Assembly: GCA_964347285.1 (NCBI GenBank)
Contig: CAYFYE010000009.1
Span: 1-39,600 of the forward strand
Reading direction: 5' to 3'
DNA length: 39,600 nucleotides
DNA from: an uncultured Acidimicrobiia bacterium
Lineage (GTDB): Bacteria > Actinomycetota > Acidimicrobiia > Spongiisociales > JAOTWH01
The notes under the pieces are model-generated. The model saw only the letters and a program-made list of their open reading frames with translations. It ran no database searches and had not been told where the DNA came from. The position numbers and the translations under genes are program-made. Shown in pieces: positions 9,066-23,741 of the stretch. Every line of letters starts with the position of its first letter. The stretch's first letter is position 1.

Positions 9066-9199
9066 GCACACCTCCTCGGAGTAGTGCTGATTGGCGGCCG
9101 CGGGGTGCCGGGCCCGGGCCCCGTCCGGCTCAACATACCGCACCCGCAGCTGGTGTGGCCGGTCCACCCGGCCCGCCAGACGTGCTTTCATGGCCCGAC

Positions 9200-10510
9200 A
9201 TGCCGACGCAACACCAAGATCGGAGCAGGCGCAGACTCACCGCCACCGTCACCGACCTCGAGGTGGCTCGCCAGCGGGCGCTGCTGATCGGGGTCACGAC
9301 CGGGAGGGAAGATCGGGCAGCCGCCGAGGCCTCACTCGAAGAGTTGGCCCGGCTGGTGGACACCGCCGGTTCGGAGAGCGTCGATTCGGCGCTCCAGCAT
9401 CGTCCCACCTTCGACGCGACCACACTCATCGGCGAGGGTAAGGCAGGGGAGCTGGCGGCCTCCGCTCGCTTGATGGATGTGGACGTTGTGGTGTTCGACA
9501 ACCCCCTGAGCCCGGCCCAGCAGCGCAACCTCCAGGGCATCTTCGGCTGTGACGTCGTCGACCGCGAGGCGGTGATACTCGACATCTTCGCTCAGCACGC
9601 CACGAGCCGAGCCGGGATGCTCCAAGTAGAGCTGGCCCAACTCCGATATCGGCTTCCTCGCCTCCGGGGGCGCGGCGTCGAGCTGAGTCGGTTGGGCGGG
9701 GGTATCGGTACCCGGGGACCCGGTGAGACCAAACTGGAGACCGATCGCCGCCGGATTGCCGAAAGGATCCGCAAGCTGGAAGTCGAACTCCGGCACTTGG
9801 GGCGGACCAGGACCACACAGCGCAAGGGGCGAACCCGGGCCGGGTTGCCCACGGTTGCCCTCGTCGGATATACCAATGCCGGCAAGTCGACCCTCCTCAA
9901 CCGCCTCACCGGGGCCCACGCCCTGGTCGAGGATCGTCTCTTCTCGACCCTGGATCCGACCATCCGCCGCTTCGAGCTGCCCGGAGGAGCAGAGGTGCTG
10001 ATCGCCGACACGGTGGGCTTCGTCAGACGGCTCCCCCACAAGCTCGTCGAGGCCTTCCGCGCCACCCTCGAGGAGGTGGCCCGGGCCGATCTCCTCATTC
10101 ACGTCGTCGACGGATCGCAGCCGGACCCCGAAGGCCAGATCGAGGCGGTCAGAACGGTGCTCGGCGAGATAGGAGCCGCCGAAGTGCCGGAGTTGATGGT
10201 GCTCAACAAGGGGGACATCGCCGATCCGACGGCTTTCAATCGCCTGCGGCTGCTGCATGCCGACGCGGTACCGATCTCCGCGGTCACCGGCCACGGCATC
10301 GAGGATCTATTGGAAGCGATCGGCAAAGGCCTCAACGCCGGCATGAGCGAGGTCGAGCTGCTCGTGCCCTACGACCGAGGCGACATCGTTGCGGCGGTAC
10401 ACCGCCGCGGCGAGGTGTTGAGCAGTGAGCACCGTCCCCACGGAACGCTGCTCCGGGCCCGACTCCCCCACCGAGCCGCCTCGGAATTGGCCAGATTGCT
10501 GGACGAATAG
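9200..10510 (+). CDS. hflX: Ribosome-splitting GTPase HflX
   Basis: GGGIGTRGPGETKLETDRR, GYTNAGKS, DTVGF, NKGD. Start chosen at ATG 9200. Confidence 0.96.
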   Translation: MPTQHQDRSRRRLTATVTDLEVARQRALLIGVTTGREDRAAAEASLEELARLVDTAGSESVDSALQHRPTFDATTLIGEGKAGELAASARLMDVDVVVFDNPLSPAQQRNLQGIFGCDVVDREAVILDIFAQHATSRAGMLQVELAQLRYRLPRLRGRGVELSRLGGGIGTRGPGETKLETDRRRIAERIRKLEVELRHLGRTRTTQRKGRTRAGLPTVALVGYTNAGKSTLLNRLTGAHALVEDRLFSTLDPTIRRFELPGGAEVLIADTVGFVRRLPHKLVEAFRATLEEVARADLLIHVVDGSQPDPEGQIEAVRTVLGEIGAAEVPELMVLNKGDIADPTAFNRLRLLHADAVPISAVTGHGIEDLLEAIGKGLNAGMSEVELLVPYDRGDIVAAVHRRGEVLSSEHRPHGTLLRARLPHRAASELARLLDE

Positions 10511-10550
10511 ACGGCTACAGGCCCCGTCCCGACCGACCGAAACCACTTGG

Positions 10551-14728
<4,178 letters not shown>

Positions 14729-14738
<10 letters not shown>

Positions 14739-15934
14739 CGGCGCAGCTCGCGGCGAGCCACCGCCCGCTTGTGCACCTCGTCCGGTCCATCGGCGATTTG
14801 AAGCGTGCGAGCGTGCGCGTAGAGCGCGGCCAGCGGAAAGTCGTCACTGACCCCGGCTCCACCGTGGACTTGGATGGCACGATCGATGATCCACGTCGTC
14901 ATCTGCGGTGCGGCCACCTTGATGGCGGAGATCTCGGTACGGGCGGCCCGATTCCCCATGGTGTCCATCATCCAAGCCGCCTTGAGGACGAGCAGGCGGG
15001 TCTGCTCGATCCGAATCCGGGCCTCGGCGATCCAGTCCTGGATCACACCCTGGTCGGCCAGCCGCTGCCCGAATGCCACCCGCTTCGTCGCCCTGTCGCA
15101 CATGGCGTCGAAGGCCCGCTCGGCCATGCCGATCAGCCGCATACAGTGATGCACCCGCCCCGGTCCCAGCCGGGCCTGGGCGATGGCAAACCCACTGCCC
15201 TCCTCTCCCAGCAGGTTCTCGGCGGGCACCCTGACGTCGCTGAAGATGATCTCGGCGTGGCCACCGCGGTCGTGATACCCGAAGATGGGCAAGCTGCGCT
15301 CGACTACGACTCCGGGGGTATCGAGCGGTACCAGGATCATGCTCTGGCGGTGGTAGGGATCGGCCTCCGGGTTGGTGACCCCCATGACGATCGCCACCCG
15401 ACAGCGCGGTGAGGTGGCACCAGTGGCCCACCACTTGAGACCGTTGATGACGTAGTAGTCGCCGTCTCGATCGATCCGGGCCGCAATGTTGGTGGCATCC
15501 GAGCTGGCGACGGCCGGCTCGGTCATGGCGAAACAGGAGCGGATCTCGCCCTCCAGCAACGGCACGAGCCATTCCCTCTGCTGGTCTGGAGTGCCGAAGG
15601 CCGCCAGGATCTCCATGTTGCCGGTGTCGGGGGCCGAGCAGTTGAGAGCCTCGGGAGCGATGTGGGGGCTCCGCCCGGTGATCTCGGCGAGGGGCGCATA
15701 ATCGAGGTTGGAGAGCCCGGGGCCCCACTGCGCATCGGGCAAGAACAGGTTCCACAGATCGCGACCACGGGCTCGAGCCTTCAGGTCTTCGAGCACCTCG
15801 GGGTGGTGATCGGGATCGGCCGCCTCCTGCATCTGGCGGACGTAGGTGTCTTCGGCGGGGTACACCTCATCGTCCATGAACGAATTCAGCGCCTCCCGGA
15901 GCTGCTCACATCGTTCGCTTAGCGCGAAATCCAT
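14729..15934 (-). CDS. Acyl-CoA dehydrogenase (FadE2/ACAD10-11 C-terminal-like)
   Basis: [49 protein letters not shown]. Confidence 0.95.
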
Positions 15935-16969
15935 TCAAACCTCCCCCGGCGTGATCACAGTTCGGATGTCGTCTCCGAATGCCTCCAGGCGGTCCAAGGC
16001 ACCATTCACTTCGGCTGGGTCGAGCGGCACGGTTCGGGTGATTGCATTCGAGAGATCGATGCTGCCGGCGCGAGCCATCTTCAGCAGCTCGCTCAACTCG
16101 GCGGCGGTGTGGTCGGACGTTCCGATCAGCTCGGCCTCGCCGACCAGAACGTCGCGGTAGGGCTGCAGGCGGATCTCTCCCTCGATGAGCCCGACGACGC
16201 CGGCACGGCCCAGGGGGGCGAGGGCCGCCACCGCTGCGGCCAGCGTGTCCGGCGATCCGAGGAGATCGAGGGCCACCTCCACACCATTCCCGTCCGTCGC
16301 CGCCCGGATGGCATCGACGGGTTGGTCGGCGCCATCGACCGGGCGAGCGCCGAGTGCCTCGGCATTGGAGAGTTTTGTGGAGTTGACGTCGACGGCGAAG
16401 ACCTCTGCGGCCCCGAGGGATCGGGCCAGCTGAATGGCCGAGGCCCCCAGGCCGCCGGCGCCGAAGATGGCGACGCGCTCGCCGGGGGACAAGCGACACC
16501 TGCGCAGGGCGTGCAGGGCCGTTGCCGTGGAACACATCATGACGGCGGCGTGCGCCAAGGTCACCTCGTCGGGCACAAGAAGGGCGTTGGGAGACGGGAG
16601 CGTGATGAATTCGGCATACCCGCCGTCCCGGTCCTTGCCGAGCATGGCGCCCCGGGGGCAGAACCGCTCGTTGCCGGCGCGGCAATGACGACAGGAACCG
16701 CACCCGATCTGGTAGTGAAGGCACACCCGCCGTCCGATCCGTGATCGGTCCACACCGGCGCCCACTTCTGCCACGACGCCGGCGATTTCATGGCCGAGAG
16801 TGATCGGGAGTGGACCGGCTACCGGAAAACCTTTCCGGTAGTGGAGATCCGACCGGCAGATGCCGGCCGCCTCGACCTGCACGAGGACTTCGCCGGCCGG
16901 CGCCTCGGGCCGATCGACAGAGCGCAGTTCGAGCGGGCGTCCCGGCTCGGTCAGCTGGAGGGCATGCAT
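15935..16969 (-). CDS. Zinc-binding alcohol dehydrogenase (MDR family)
   Basis: GICRSD, GHE, structural-Zn CxxCxxCx7C, GAGGLG. Start at ATG 16969 (or GTG 16972) after TACGGT. Confidence 0.93.
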   Translation of the reverse strand: MHALQLTEPGRPLELRSVDRPEAPAGEVLVQVEAAGICRSDLHYRKGFPVAGPLPITLGHEIAGVVAEVGAGVDRSRIGRRVCLHYQIGCGSCRHCRAGNERFCPRGAMLGKDRDGGYAEFITLPSPNALLVPDEVTLAHAAVMMCSTATALHALRRCRLSPGERVAIFGAGGLGASAIQLARSLGAAEVFAVDVNSTKLSNAEALGARPVDGADQPVDAIRAATDGNGVEVALDLLGSPDTLAAAVAALAPLGRAGVVGLIEGEIRLQPYRDVLVGEAELIGTSDHTAAELSELLKMARAGSIDLSNAITRTVPLDPAEVNGALDRLEAFGDDIRTVITPGEV

Positions 16970-17082
16970 CACTGCGTCACCGTACCCGGCCTCCGCCGCC
17001 CGTGTCGCGTTGGAGGTCGCTCCACCTCTCTCGAAGCATGTCCCGAGCACCCGCACTCGACTCGACTGGGGCGGATCTACGC

Positions 17083-17109
17083 CAGAGCGCCGAGTCGCCC
17101 GGCGCTCTG
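17083..17109. terminator. GC-rich hairpin just downstream of the MFS-like gene, possible terminator
   Basis: cagagcgccg-agtcgcc-cggcgctctg is a 10-bp perfect stem with no clear U-tract. Confidence 0.4.
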
Positions 17110-17131
17110 ATCCTTGCTCACGACGACGGGT

Positions 17132-18478
17132 TCACAACAGCTCGGTGACTTTGCGCGCCGGCGGGGGAGGCTGTTCCTCTTTCTGGCGGCGGCGCGCCTC
17201 GGCAAGCGGTACCAGCAGTCCGGACACGTAGACCAGCTGCATCGCCAGGGCCACCACTCCGGCGGTGGCCAGTCCGAAACCGGTGGGGAGATCGGTCGTC
17301 ACCGGCACCAAGGCCCCGACTACCCAGGCCAGCTGGAAGCTGGTTTCGGACAGGGTGAAGGCGTAGCCGCGCGTTTCGGGGGGGACCGTTGCCTGGAGCA
17401 GGCCGTCGAAGCCGAACTTGGCCGTCCCCCACGCCAGTCCGGCGGCGGCGGCCAGAGCGGCGGCGGCCGGGAGCCCGAACACCTGGGCGGCGATGAACGC
17501 CGCAGCCGCCTCGATGGCGAGCGCGCCGACCACCATCGGCTCCTCCCGGAGGCGGCGCTCCAGCCACGGCGAGACCAGCGAGGCCAAAAAGAAGCCGAAA
17601 CCGCCGGCCACCAGCAGCGCCCCGAAATCGGCCACCCCGGCATCGACGTCTCTGAACGCGAACGCCACCAGCAGGAGGAGGAAGCCGTTGAGGAAGCGGA
17701 CCCCGGCGGTCGCCAGGCGGGCCAGGCGAATGGCCCGGGGAATAACGGGCCGCATGCCCGGCCGGGGACGGTCTTCCGACGCAGTGACGACGCGGGGTAC
17801 CCGGAGCCCCCACATGGTCCCCAATCCGAAGGAGACGCCGGCCGCCACCAGCGCCGGCCACCAACTCAGCGCCACCAATCCTGCCCCCGGTACGGCAACG
17901 ACCGCCGAGGTCAGAATGCCGATCCGGGCCAGCAGTGCATTGGCGGCCACCAATTCGATGGGCTTGTCGATGGCCACCGGCAGCAGCGCTCCTCGACTGA
18001 TCCCGTGCAATCGGGAAGACATCAGCAGCACGAAGGCCAGCGGGAACAGCCACAGCGTGTCCACACCGGCGATCAGCATCCCCACCACCAGCATCGATCG
18101 GACCGCCGTGCTGGCGATGAGACCCCGCCGGTAAGCAGTCGGGTAGCGGGCGTATATGAGAGTGAGGGCCGGGGCGATCACCGCAAAGGGCGCCGCGGTG
18201 AGCAGCAGGTACAGGGCCACGTTGCCGCGCGCCTCGGCCGACGGGACCTGGAAGAACAGCGTGCCGGCCAGTGCCATCGTCACCAGGGTGTCGCCGGCCA
18301 CCGAGGCCGCATGTGACTGGGCCAGGCGGCGGAACCCGGGGCCGCCGGCACTGAACATCGCCTCGACGGACGCCGCCACCCGCCGTCCGCCCCTGCTCAC
18401 GGCGCGGCTCAAGGCGGCGCCGCGACGTGGCGTGCTGCGGCGCGCCGGCTCGGCTTCGGGCACGGAGCTGGGCTCCAC
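17132..18478 (-). CDS. MFS-like integral membrane protein of an actinobacterial type
   Basis: About 12 hydrophobic segments, 'ALAGTLFF', 'VALYLLLTAAPFAVIAP', 'ETSFQLAWVVGAL'. GTG 18478 lies 7 nt after TACCGT. Confidence 0.82.
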   Translation of the reverse strand: MEPSSVPEAEPARRSTPRRGAALSRAVSRGGRRVAASVEAMFSAGGPGFRRLAQSHAASVAGDTLVTMALAGTLFFQVPSAEARGNVALYLLLTAAPFAVIAPALTLIYARYPTAYRRGLIASTAVRSMLVVGMLIAGVDTLWLFPLAFVLLMSSRLHGISRGALLPVAIDKPIELVAANALLARIGILTSAVVAVPGAGLVALSWWPALVAAGVSFGLGTMWGLRVPRVVTASEDRPRPGMRPVIPRAIRLARLATAGVRFLNGFLLLLVAFAFRDVDAGVADFGALLVAGGFGFFLASLVSPWLERRLREEPMVVGALAIEAAAAFIAAQVFGLPAAAALAAAAGLAWGTAKFGFDGLLQATVPPETRGYAFTLSETSFQLAWVVGALVPVTTDLPTGFGLATAGVVALAMQLVYVSGLLVPLAEARRRQKEEQPPPPARKVTELL

Positions 18479-18524
18479 CAGAGCGACGGTAGCCGGTCCC
18501 ACCCGCGAGCCGTACCCTTGCCGC

Positions 18525-19532
18525 GTGAAAGTCACCGTCATGGGAGCCGGGTCGTGGGGAACCGCCATATCGGCGGTGATGGCGACCCATGCCGAGGTAG
18601 CGCTGTGGGCTCGACGGGCCGAGTTGGCCGGGGAGATCAATGCCAACCGCAGTAATCCCCAGTACTTGGCCGACGTCGAACTGCCCGAGACGGTACGGGC
18701 CACCGGTGCCGACGAGGAGGCACTGGACGGATGCGACCTGGTGCTCATGGCGGTCCCCTCCCACGGCTACCGGGCCGTCTTGGAGCGGGTCGCACCTCAC
18801 ATCGCCCCCACCACCCCCATCATCAGCCTCACGAAAGGGATCGAGGAGGGATCCCTGCTGCGCATGACCGAGATCACCCTGCAGATCCTGACCGACCACG
18901 ACCCCCGGACCGTGGGGGTGCTCACCGGCCCCAACCTCGCCTCCGAGATCGCCCGCCGGCAGCCGGCGGCATCGGTCCTGGCAATGCCCGACGAAGATCT
19001 GGCCCGGGCCATCCAGCCGGCCTTCATGAATCCGACTTTTCGCGTCTACACCAATCCCGACGTGGTCGGGTGCGAGGCGGCCGGAGCCCTCAAGAATGTC
19101 ATGGCCATTGCCGCCGGCATCGCCGATGGGCTCGGCTACGGAGGCAACACCCTGGCCGCCCTGATCACCAGAGCCCTGGCCGAGCTGACCCGGCTCGGCG
19201 TAGCCATGGGGGGTCGGCCCCTGACGTTTGCGGGACTGGCCGGCATGGGCGACCTCATCGTCACCTGCGTCTCCGCCCGGAGCCGCAACCACGCCGTCGG
19301 CGTCGAACTCGGCAAAGGTCGCCGGCTTGGCGAGATCCTGAAGGAGATGAAGATGGTGGCCGAGGGCGTGCGCACCACCCGGGCCGTGCTCGACCTCGCC
19401 GAGCGCCACGGGGTGGAAATGCCCATAGCGACCCAGGTCGGTGCCGTCCTCTATGAGGGAAGAGAACCGGCCGAACTGGTCCCCCACCTCATGACCAGGG
19501 AAGCCAAGTCGGAGCTTGACGGCCTCAGCTGA
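18525..19532 (+). CDS. gpsA: NAD(P)H-dependent glycerol-3-phosphate dehydrogenase
   Basis: GAGSWG, TKGIE, GPNLA, GALKNV, GLAGMGDL, SRN. GTG 18525 lies 6 nt after TACCCT. Confidence 0.96.
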   Translation: MKVTVMGAGSWGTAISAVMATHAEVALWARRAELAGEINANRSNPQYLADVELPETVRATGADEEALDGCDLVLMAVPSHGYRAVLERVAPHIAPTTPIISLTKGIEEGSLLRMTEITLQILTDHDPRTVGVLTGPNLASEIARRQPAASVLAMPDEDLARAIQPAFMNPTFRVYTNPDVVGCEAAGALKNVMAIAAGIADGLGYGGNTLAALITRALAELTRLGVAMGGRPLTFAGLAGMGDLIVTCVSARSRNHAVGVELGKGRRLGEILKEMKMVAEGVRTTRAVLDLAERHGVEMPIATQVGAVLYEGREPAELVPHLMTREAKSELDGLS

Positions 19533-20583
19533 ACTCCGTTCGGCCCTGCAAGCTGCGACAGGCCGCCGCGGCCAGACCGGGCACGAGGCCGCCCAGCGAG
19601 GCAAACCGCGGGTCGCTGGTTTGACCGGCCGCATAGCGGGCGTAGATCTGCTCGACGATGACCGCGATGCGGAAGTAGGCGAGCCCCAGGTAGTAGGGAA
19701 GCGCCGACGTGTCCAGTCCCGAGGCGATGCCGTAGCGCACCACGGCATCGGCCCGGGACAGGGCCGGTGCCAGTTCGGCGGCCGTGGCCCCGAAGACCCG
19801 GTAGGCGGCGGCGTCGGGGTCCGCCCAGTAGGCCACGGCGGTGCCCAGATCGACCAGAGGATCGCCCAGGGTCGACATGTCCCAGTCGAGCACCGCCACC
19901 ACCCGCCCCAGGTCGCTCAACATCAGATTGTCCAGCTTGAAATCGTTGTGCAGCAGCGTCGCCCTCTGCGGCGCAGGGATGCTGCGGGCGAGCAGCCCGG
20001 CGGCTCGATCCATGTCGGCGAGGGGCCTCGTCGCCGCCCGCTGCCAGCGGTCCTGCCATCCCGCCACCTGGCGGGCCACGAAACCGTCGGGCCGTCCCAG
20101 ATCCTCAAGACCCAGAGCCCGGTAGTCCACCCCGTGCAGAGCCGCCAGACAATCGACCAAACCTTCCGCCGCCCGGAGGCGGTGTTCGGGCCCGAAATGG
20201 CCGGGCCAGCTCTCCCTCACCACGATGCCGCGGCGCCGTTCCATCACGAAGAACGGCTTGCCCATGACCTCGGGGTCCGGGCAATAGTGGTAGGCGCGCG
20301 GCGCCGGTCCGAACGCCTGCCACAAGACGGAGAGCACCTTGCACTCCCGCTCCATGTCGTGCGATCCCGGAGCCACCGGTCCGAGCGGAGGTCGGCGTAG
20401 CACGAGCTCGACGGCTCCGCACCGAGCCAGATAGGTGAGGTTGGCTTTGCCGCCGGGGAACTGCTCGAAGGAGATCGGACCGTCGCCGATCAGCTCCGCC
20501 AAGTTGGTGCGGAGATAGGCGGCCACCCGATCCTCGCCGAAGCGCTCCTCCGGACGGATCGGGGCTGTGTCGGCAGGATTCAC
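19525..20583 (-). CDS. APH-family phosphotransferase (ACAD10/11 N-terminal kinase-like)
   Basis: GGKANLTY, VLRRPPLG, HDMERE, LHNDFKLDN, LDWDMSTLGDPLVDLG. GTG overlaps the ctaB stop. Confidence 0.92.
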   Translation of the reverse strand: MNPADTAPIRPEERFGEDRVAAYLRTNLAELIGDGPISFEQFPGGKANLTYLARCGAVELVLRRPPLGPVAPGSHDMERECKVLSVLWQAFGPAPRAYHYCPDPEVMGKPFFVMERRRGIVVRESWPGHFGPEHRLRAAEGLVDCLAALHGVDYRALGLEDLGRPDGFVARQVAGWQDRWQRAATRPLADMDRAAGLLARSIPAPQRATLLHNDFKLDNLMLSDLGRVVAVLDWDMSTLGDPLVDLGTAVAYWADPDAAAYRVFGATAAELAPALSRADAVVRYGIASGLDTSALPYYLGLAYFRIAVIVEQIYARYAAGQTSDPRFASLGGLVPGLAAAACRSLQGRTEFS

Positions 20584-21488
20584 AGGAGGAGCCGATCGAT
20601 CCCCATGGCGGCAAACAGAAGCGTGAGGTACACGACCGAGAAGTGGAAGTAGCGCATGGCGATCTCCGGGCGGCGCCTCACATCGAGCGCTCCCACGACG
20701 AACAAGGCACCGAGCACGCATGCGCATCCCAGATACACCCACCCCATCGGCGCGACCGGATACAAGAGGAGGCTCACGGCGACCGTGGCGACGCTGTAGC
20801 CGAGGATCTGGTTGGTCGTTCGGCGCTCTCCGGCAACGACCGGAAGCATCGGAACTCCGGCCCGCTCGTAATCGCTCCGATAGCGGACGGCCAGCGCCCA
20901 GAAGTGGGGAGGCGTCCACAGAAACACGATTCCAAAGAGTACGAGAGCCGGTAGTTCCAGCGTTCCGGTCACCGCCGCCCAGCCCACCAGCACCGGTACG
21001 GCTCCGGCCGCGCCGCCGATGACGATGTTTTGGGGCGTGCGCCGCTTGAGATACAGCGTGTACACCAGCACGTAGAAGAGCAGTGCCCCGGTGGCCAGCA
21101 ATGCGGCGGTGGGATTGACCGTCAACCACAGCGAAACGAAACCGAGCGTTCCGAGAGTCAAGCCCAGTGCCAGGGCCGACCTCGGCTCGACACGTTCGGT
21201 CGGCAAAGGCCGGTGATGAGTGCGGCGCATCATCTCGTCGATGTCGCGATCGGCCACGTTGTTCAAGGCGTTCGCTCCCCCGGCCGACAGCGACCCGCCG
21301 ATGAGAGTGGCCGCCACCAATCCGATCCCCGGCCAACCCTGCTCGGCAACGATCATGGCCGGCACGGTCGTCACCAGCAGCAGCTCGACGATGCGCGGTT
21401 TGGTGAGCTCGACGTGGGCCACCACCCGACCCCACCACGTCGAGGCGACGGCTTGCGGATCGGTAACCCGGACTCGAGGACTGCTCAT
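20580..21488 (-). CDS. ctaB: Heme o synthase (protoheme IX farnesyltransferase)
   Basis: LTKPRI, DRDIDEMMRRTHHRPLP, YTLYLKRRTPQNIVIGG, WTPPHFWALA. ATG 21488 overlaps the ctaA stop. Confidence 0.96.
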   Translation of the reverse strand: MSSPRVRVTDPQAVASTWWGRVVAHVELTKPRIVELLLVTTVPAMIVAEQGWPGIGLVAATLIGGSLSAGGANALNNVADRDIDEMMRRTHHRPLPTERVEPRSALALGLTLGTLGFVSLWLTVNPTAALLATGALLFYVLVYTLYLKRRTPQNIVIGGAAGAVPVLVGWAAVTGTLELPALVLFGIVFLWTPPHFWALAVRYRSDYERAGVPMLPVVAGERRTTNQILGYSVATVAVSLLLYPVAPMGWVYLGCACVLGALFVVGALDVRRRPEIAMRYFHFSVVYLTLLFAAMGIDRLLL

Positions 21489-22417
21489 GTCGGTGCTGCG
21501 GCGGCGTCGACCCGGGGATGGGGCGATACCGGAGGCGCCAGCGCCGCCGAAGCGAGGATCACCAACGCAATCCACACCAGATCGGCAACGATCAGATGGA
21601 CGACCTGTATCCCCAAGGGAGCCTTCAGGGTCAGGTTCACGATCCCCACGGCCACCTGGGCGATCACCAGCACCGTCACGGTCTTTGCCATCCATACGAT
21701 GCTCGAGCGGCGAGCCGCCAGGTGCCGGGCCAGCACCAGCAGATACCCGGCGCTCACCACGGCAAGGATCGGATGGAGCGTGCGCAGCCGGACCAGGAAA
21801 TGCGACGACCTATCGAAGTCGTCCCCTACGGTCGCATCGGGGAACAGCGTGTCCCCCAGAGCGGTCAGCGCGCCGGAGGACGCCACCACCACCACTGCCG
21901 CCAGCCCGGCGAACAGCAGCCAGGTATCCGCACCGACGGGGAGCAGCCGTGGCACCGCCCCGCCGGAGCTCCACCAGGCCACCAGCGTCAACGCGGCCAG
22001 GAGAAACAACGTGTTCACCAAATGAAGCCCATCCATTGCGGCCCGGGCCACCGAGGCATCCTCCCCCACCCACTCGTTGGTGACCAAAGCGGCCCCGATC
22101 AAGACCTCGACGACCATCAGAATTACGGCAGCCATCGCGGCCCTCCGGATGCGGTGGCCGGCCGGAAACGCCCGCCGGGACCACAGTGCCAAGCCGACGA
22201 CGGCGAGGAAAGCCAGGCCACTCGTGGCCCGATGAGTGAACTCGATGAACGTCTCTGCGGTCCCGGAGAACGGAACCACGCCGCCACGGCATTCCGGCCA
22301 GTCCGATCCGCAACCGGCTCCGGACCCGGTGGCTCGCACGACGGCCCCTCCGGCTATCACCGACACCGTGAGGGCGAGGCTGATCCAGGCCGCGCGGGCA
22401 AAACGGGTGAGTGTCAT
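21485..22417 (-). CDS. ctaA: Heme A synthase (COX15/CtaA family)
   Basis: GAVVRATGSGAGCGSDWPEC, IEFTHR, further TM His residues, adjacent to ctaB. Confidence 0.88.
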   Translation of the reverse strand: MTLTRFARAAWISLALTVSVIAGGAVVRATGSGAGCGSDWPECRGGVVPFSGTAETFIEFTHRATSGLAFLAVVGLALWSRRAFPAGHRIRRAAMAAVILMVVEVLIGAALVTNEWVGEDASVARAAMDGLHLVNTLFLLAALTLVAWWSSGGAVPRLLPVGADTWLLFAGLAAVVVVASSGALTALGDTLFPDATVGDDFDRSSHFLVRLRTLHPILAVVSAGYLLVLARHLAARRSSIVWMAKTVTVLVIAQVAVGIVNLTLKAPLGIQVVHLIVADLVWIALVILASAALAPPVSPHPRVDAAAAPT

Positions 22418-22518
22418 GTGGACCCAAAGGCTACTGCTCCCACGCCACGGGCAGCCGGGCCGCCTGGTGCCTGCGGCCGAGGCGTAAACTGGTTGTCGGC
22501 CGACATTGGAGGGGTTCG

Positions 22519-22599
22519 ATGAAGAAGCTGATTCTCCTGGGACTCGTCGTTGTGCTCGTCCTGGCGGTTCGCCACTTCGCCGGCGAGCAGCGCCGTTGA
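22519..22599 (+). CDS. 26-aa single-pass membrane microprotein
   Basis: GGAGGGG RBS, then MKKLILLGLVVVLVLAVRHFAGEQRR. The stop overlaps the TTG start of the next gene (TTGA). Confidence 0.65.
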   Translation: MKKLILLGLVVVLVLAVRHFAGEQRR

Positions 22600-23741
22600 C
22601 CGACACCTACCGCCTCAAGCCCGAACAGGAGGAATTCCGCAAGGTCGTTCGGGAGTTCGCGTTGGACAAGGTGGCCCCCCGGGCCGACGAGATCGATGCC
22701 ACCGGGGAGTATCCGGCCGATCTTCATGCCGAGATGATCAAGGCCGATCTCGTCGCGGTCATGTTCCCCGAAGAGCTCGGCGGAGCCGGAGCCGACTCGA
22801 TCTCCCAGGCCATCCTGCTCGAGGAGCTGGCCCGGGTGTGCGCCTCCTCCACGATGATCCCGCTCCTCAACAAGCTCGCCATGATCCCGGTGCTGTTGGC
22901 GGGAAGCGACCGCCAGAAACAGGACTGGATCCCGGACATCGTCGCCGGGCGGCACCAGGCCGCCTACGGCCTCACCGAGCCCGAGGCCGGATCGGACGTT
23001 GCCGCCCTGCGCACCAAAGCGGTGCGGGACGGGGATGAGTGGGTGATCACCGGCGGCAAGAGATTCATCTCCAACGCCGGAGTGGCCACGGTCTACACGA
23101 TCTTCGCCAAGACCGATCCCGAAGCGGGCAGCCGGGGTATCTCGTGCTTTGTCGTTCCCGCCGACGCCCCAGGCTTCTCGGTCGCCAAGCTGGAAGACAA
23201 GATGGGCCTGAAGGGCTCTCCCACCGGTGAGCTGATCCTCGACGAGGTCCGGGTGCCGGCCGCCAACCTCGTCGGCGAAGAGGGCGACGGTTTCCGCATC
23301 GCCATGATGACGCTCGACCGATCCCGACCCGGCGTCGGGGCTCAAGCAGTGGGTATCGCTCAAGGAGCGCTCGACACCGCCCTGGCGTACGCCAAAGAAC
23401 GCCGGCAGTTCGGGCAGCCGATCATCGACTTCCAGGGGGTGGGGTTCATGCTCGCCGACATGGACATGAAGACCCGGGCCGCCCGACACCTCGTCTACGA
23501 GGCGCACGCCATGATCGACAGGGGCGACCCTGAACTGACCAAGGTGGCCGCCGGGGCCAAGTGCTTCGCCTCCGATGTGGCCATGGAGGTCGCCACCGAC
23601 GCCGTCCAGGTCCTCGGGGGTTACGGGTACATCAAGGACTTCCCGGCGGAACGGTTCATGCGCGATGCCAAGATCACCCAGCTCTACGAAGGGACCAACC
23701 AGATCCAGCGGTTGGTCATCTCCCGCCACCTCGCTCAGTAG
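22596..23741 (+). CDS. Acyl-CoA dehydrogenase (short-chain/FadE25-like)
   Basis: YGLTEPEAGSD, KRFISN, ERRQFG, QVLGGYGY, MRDAKITQLYEGTNQIQR. Start chosen at TTG 22596. Confidence 0.95.
   Translation: MTDTYRLKPEQEEFRKVVREFALDKVAPRADEIDATGEYPADLHAEMIKADLVAVMFPEELGGAGADSISQAILLEELARVCASSTMIPLLNKLAMIPVLLAGSDRQKQDWIPDIVAGRHQAAYGLTEPEAGSDVAALRTKAVRDGDEWVITGGKRFISNAGVATVYTIFAKTDPEAGSRGISCFVVPADAPGFSVAKLEDKMGLKGSPTGELILDEVRVPAANLVGEEGDGFRIAMMTLDRSRPGVGAQAVGIAQGALDTALAYAKERRQFGQPIIDFQGVGFMLADMDMKTRAARHLVYEAHAMIDRGDPELTKVAAGAKCFASDVAMEVATDAVQVLGGYGYIKDFPAERFMRDAKITQLYEGTNQIQRLVISRHLAQ

Noticed and set aside
17118..19748. 876-aa minus-strand ORF
   Set aside because: A shadow frame overlapping gpsA and the MFS-like gene, with no recognisable motifs.
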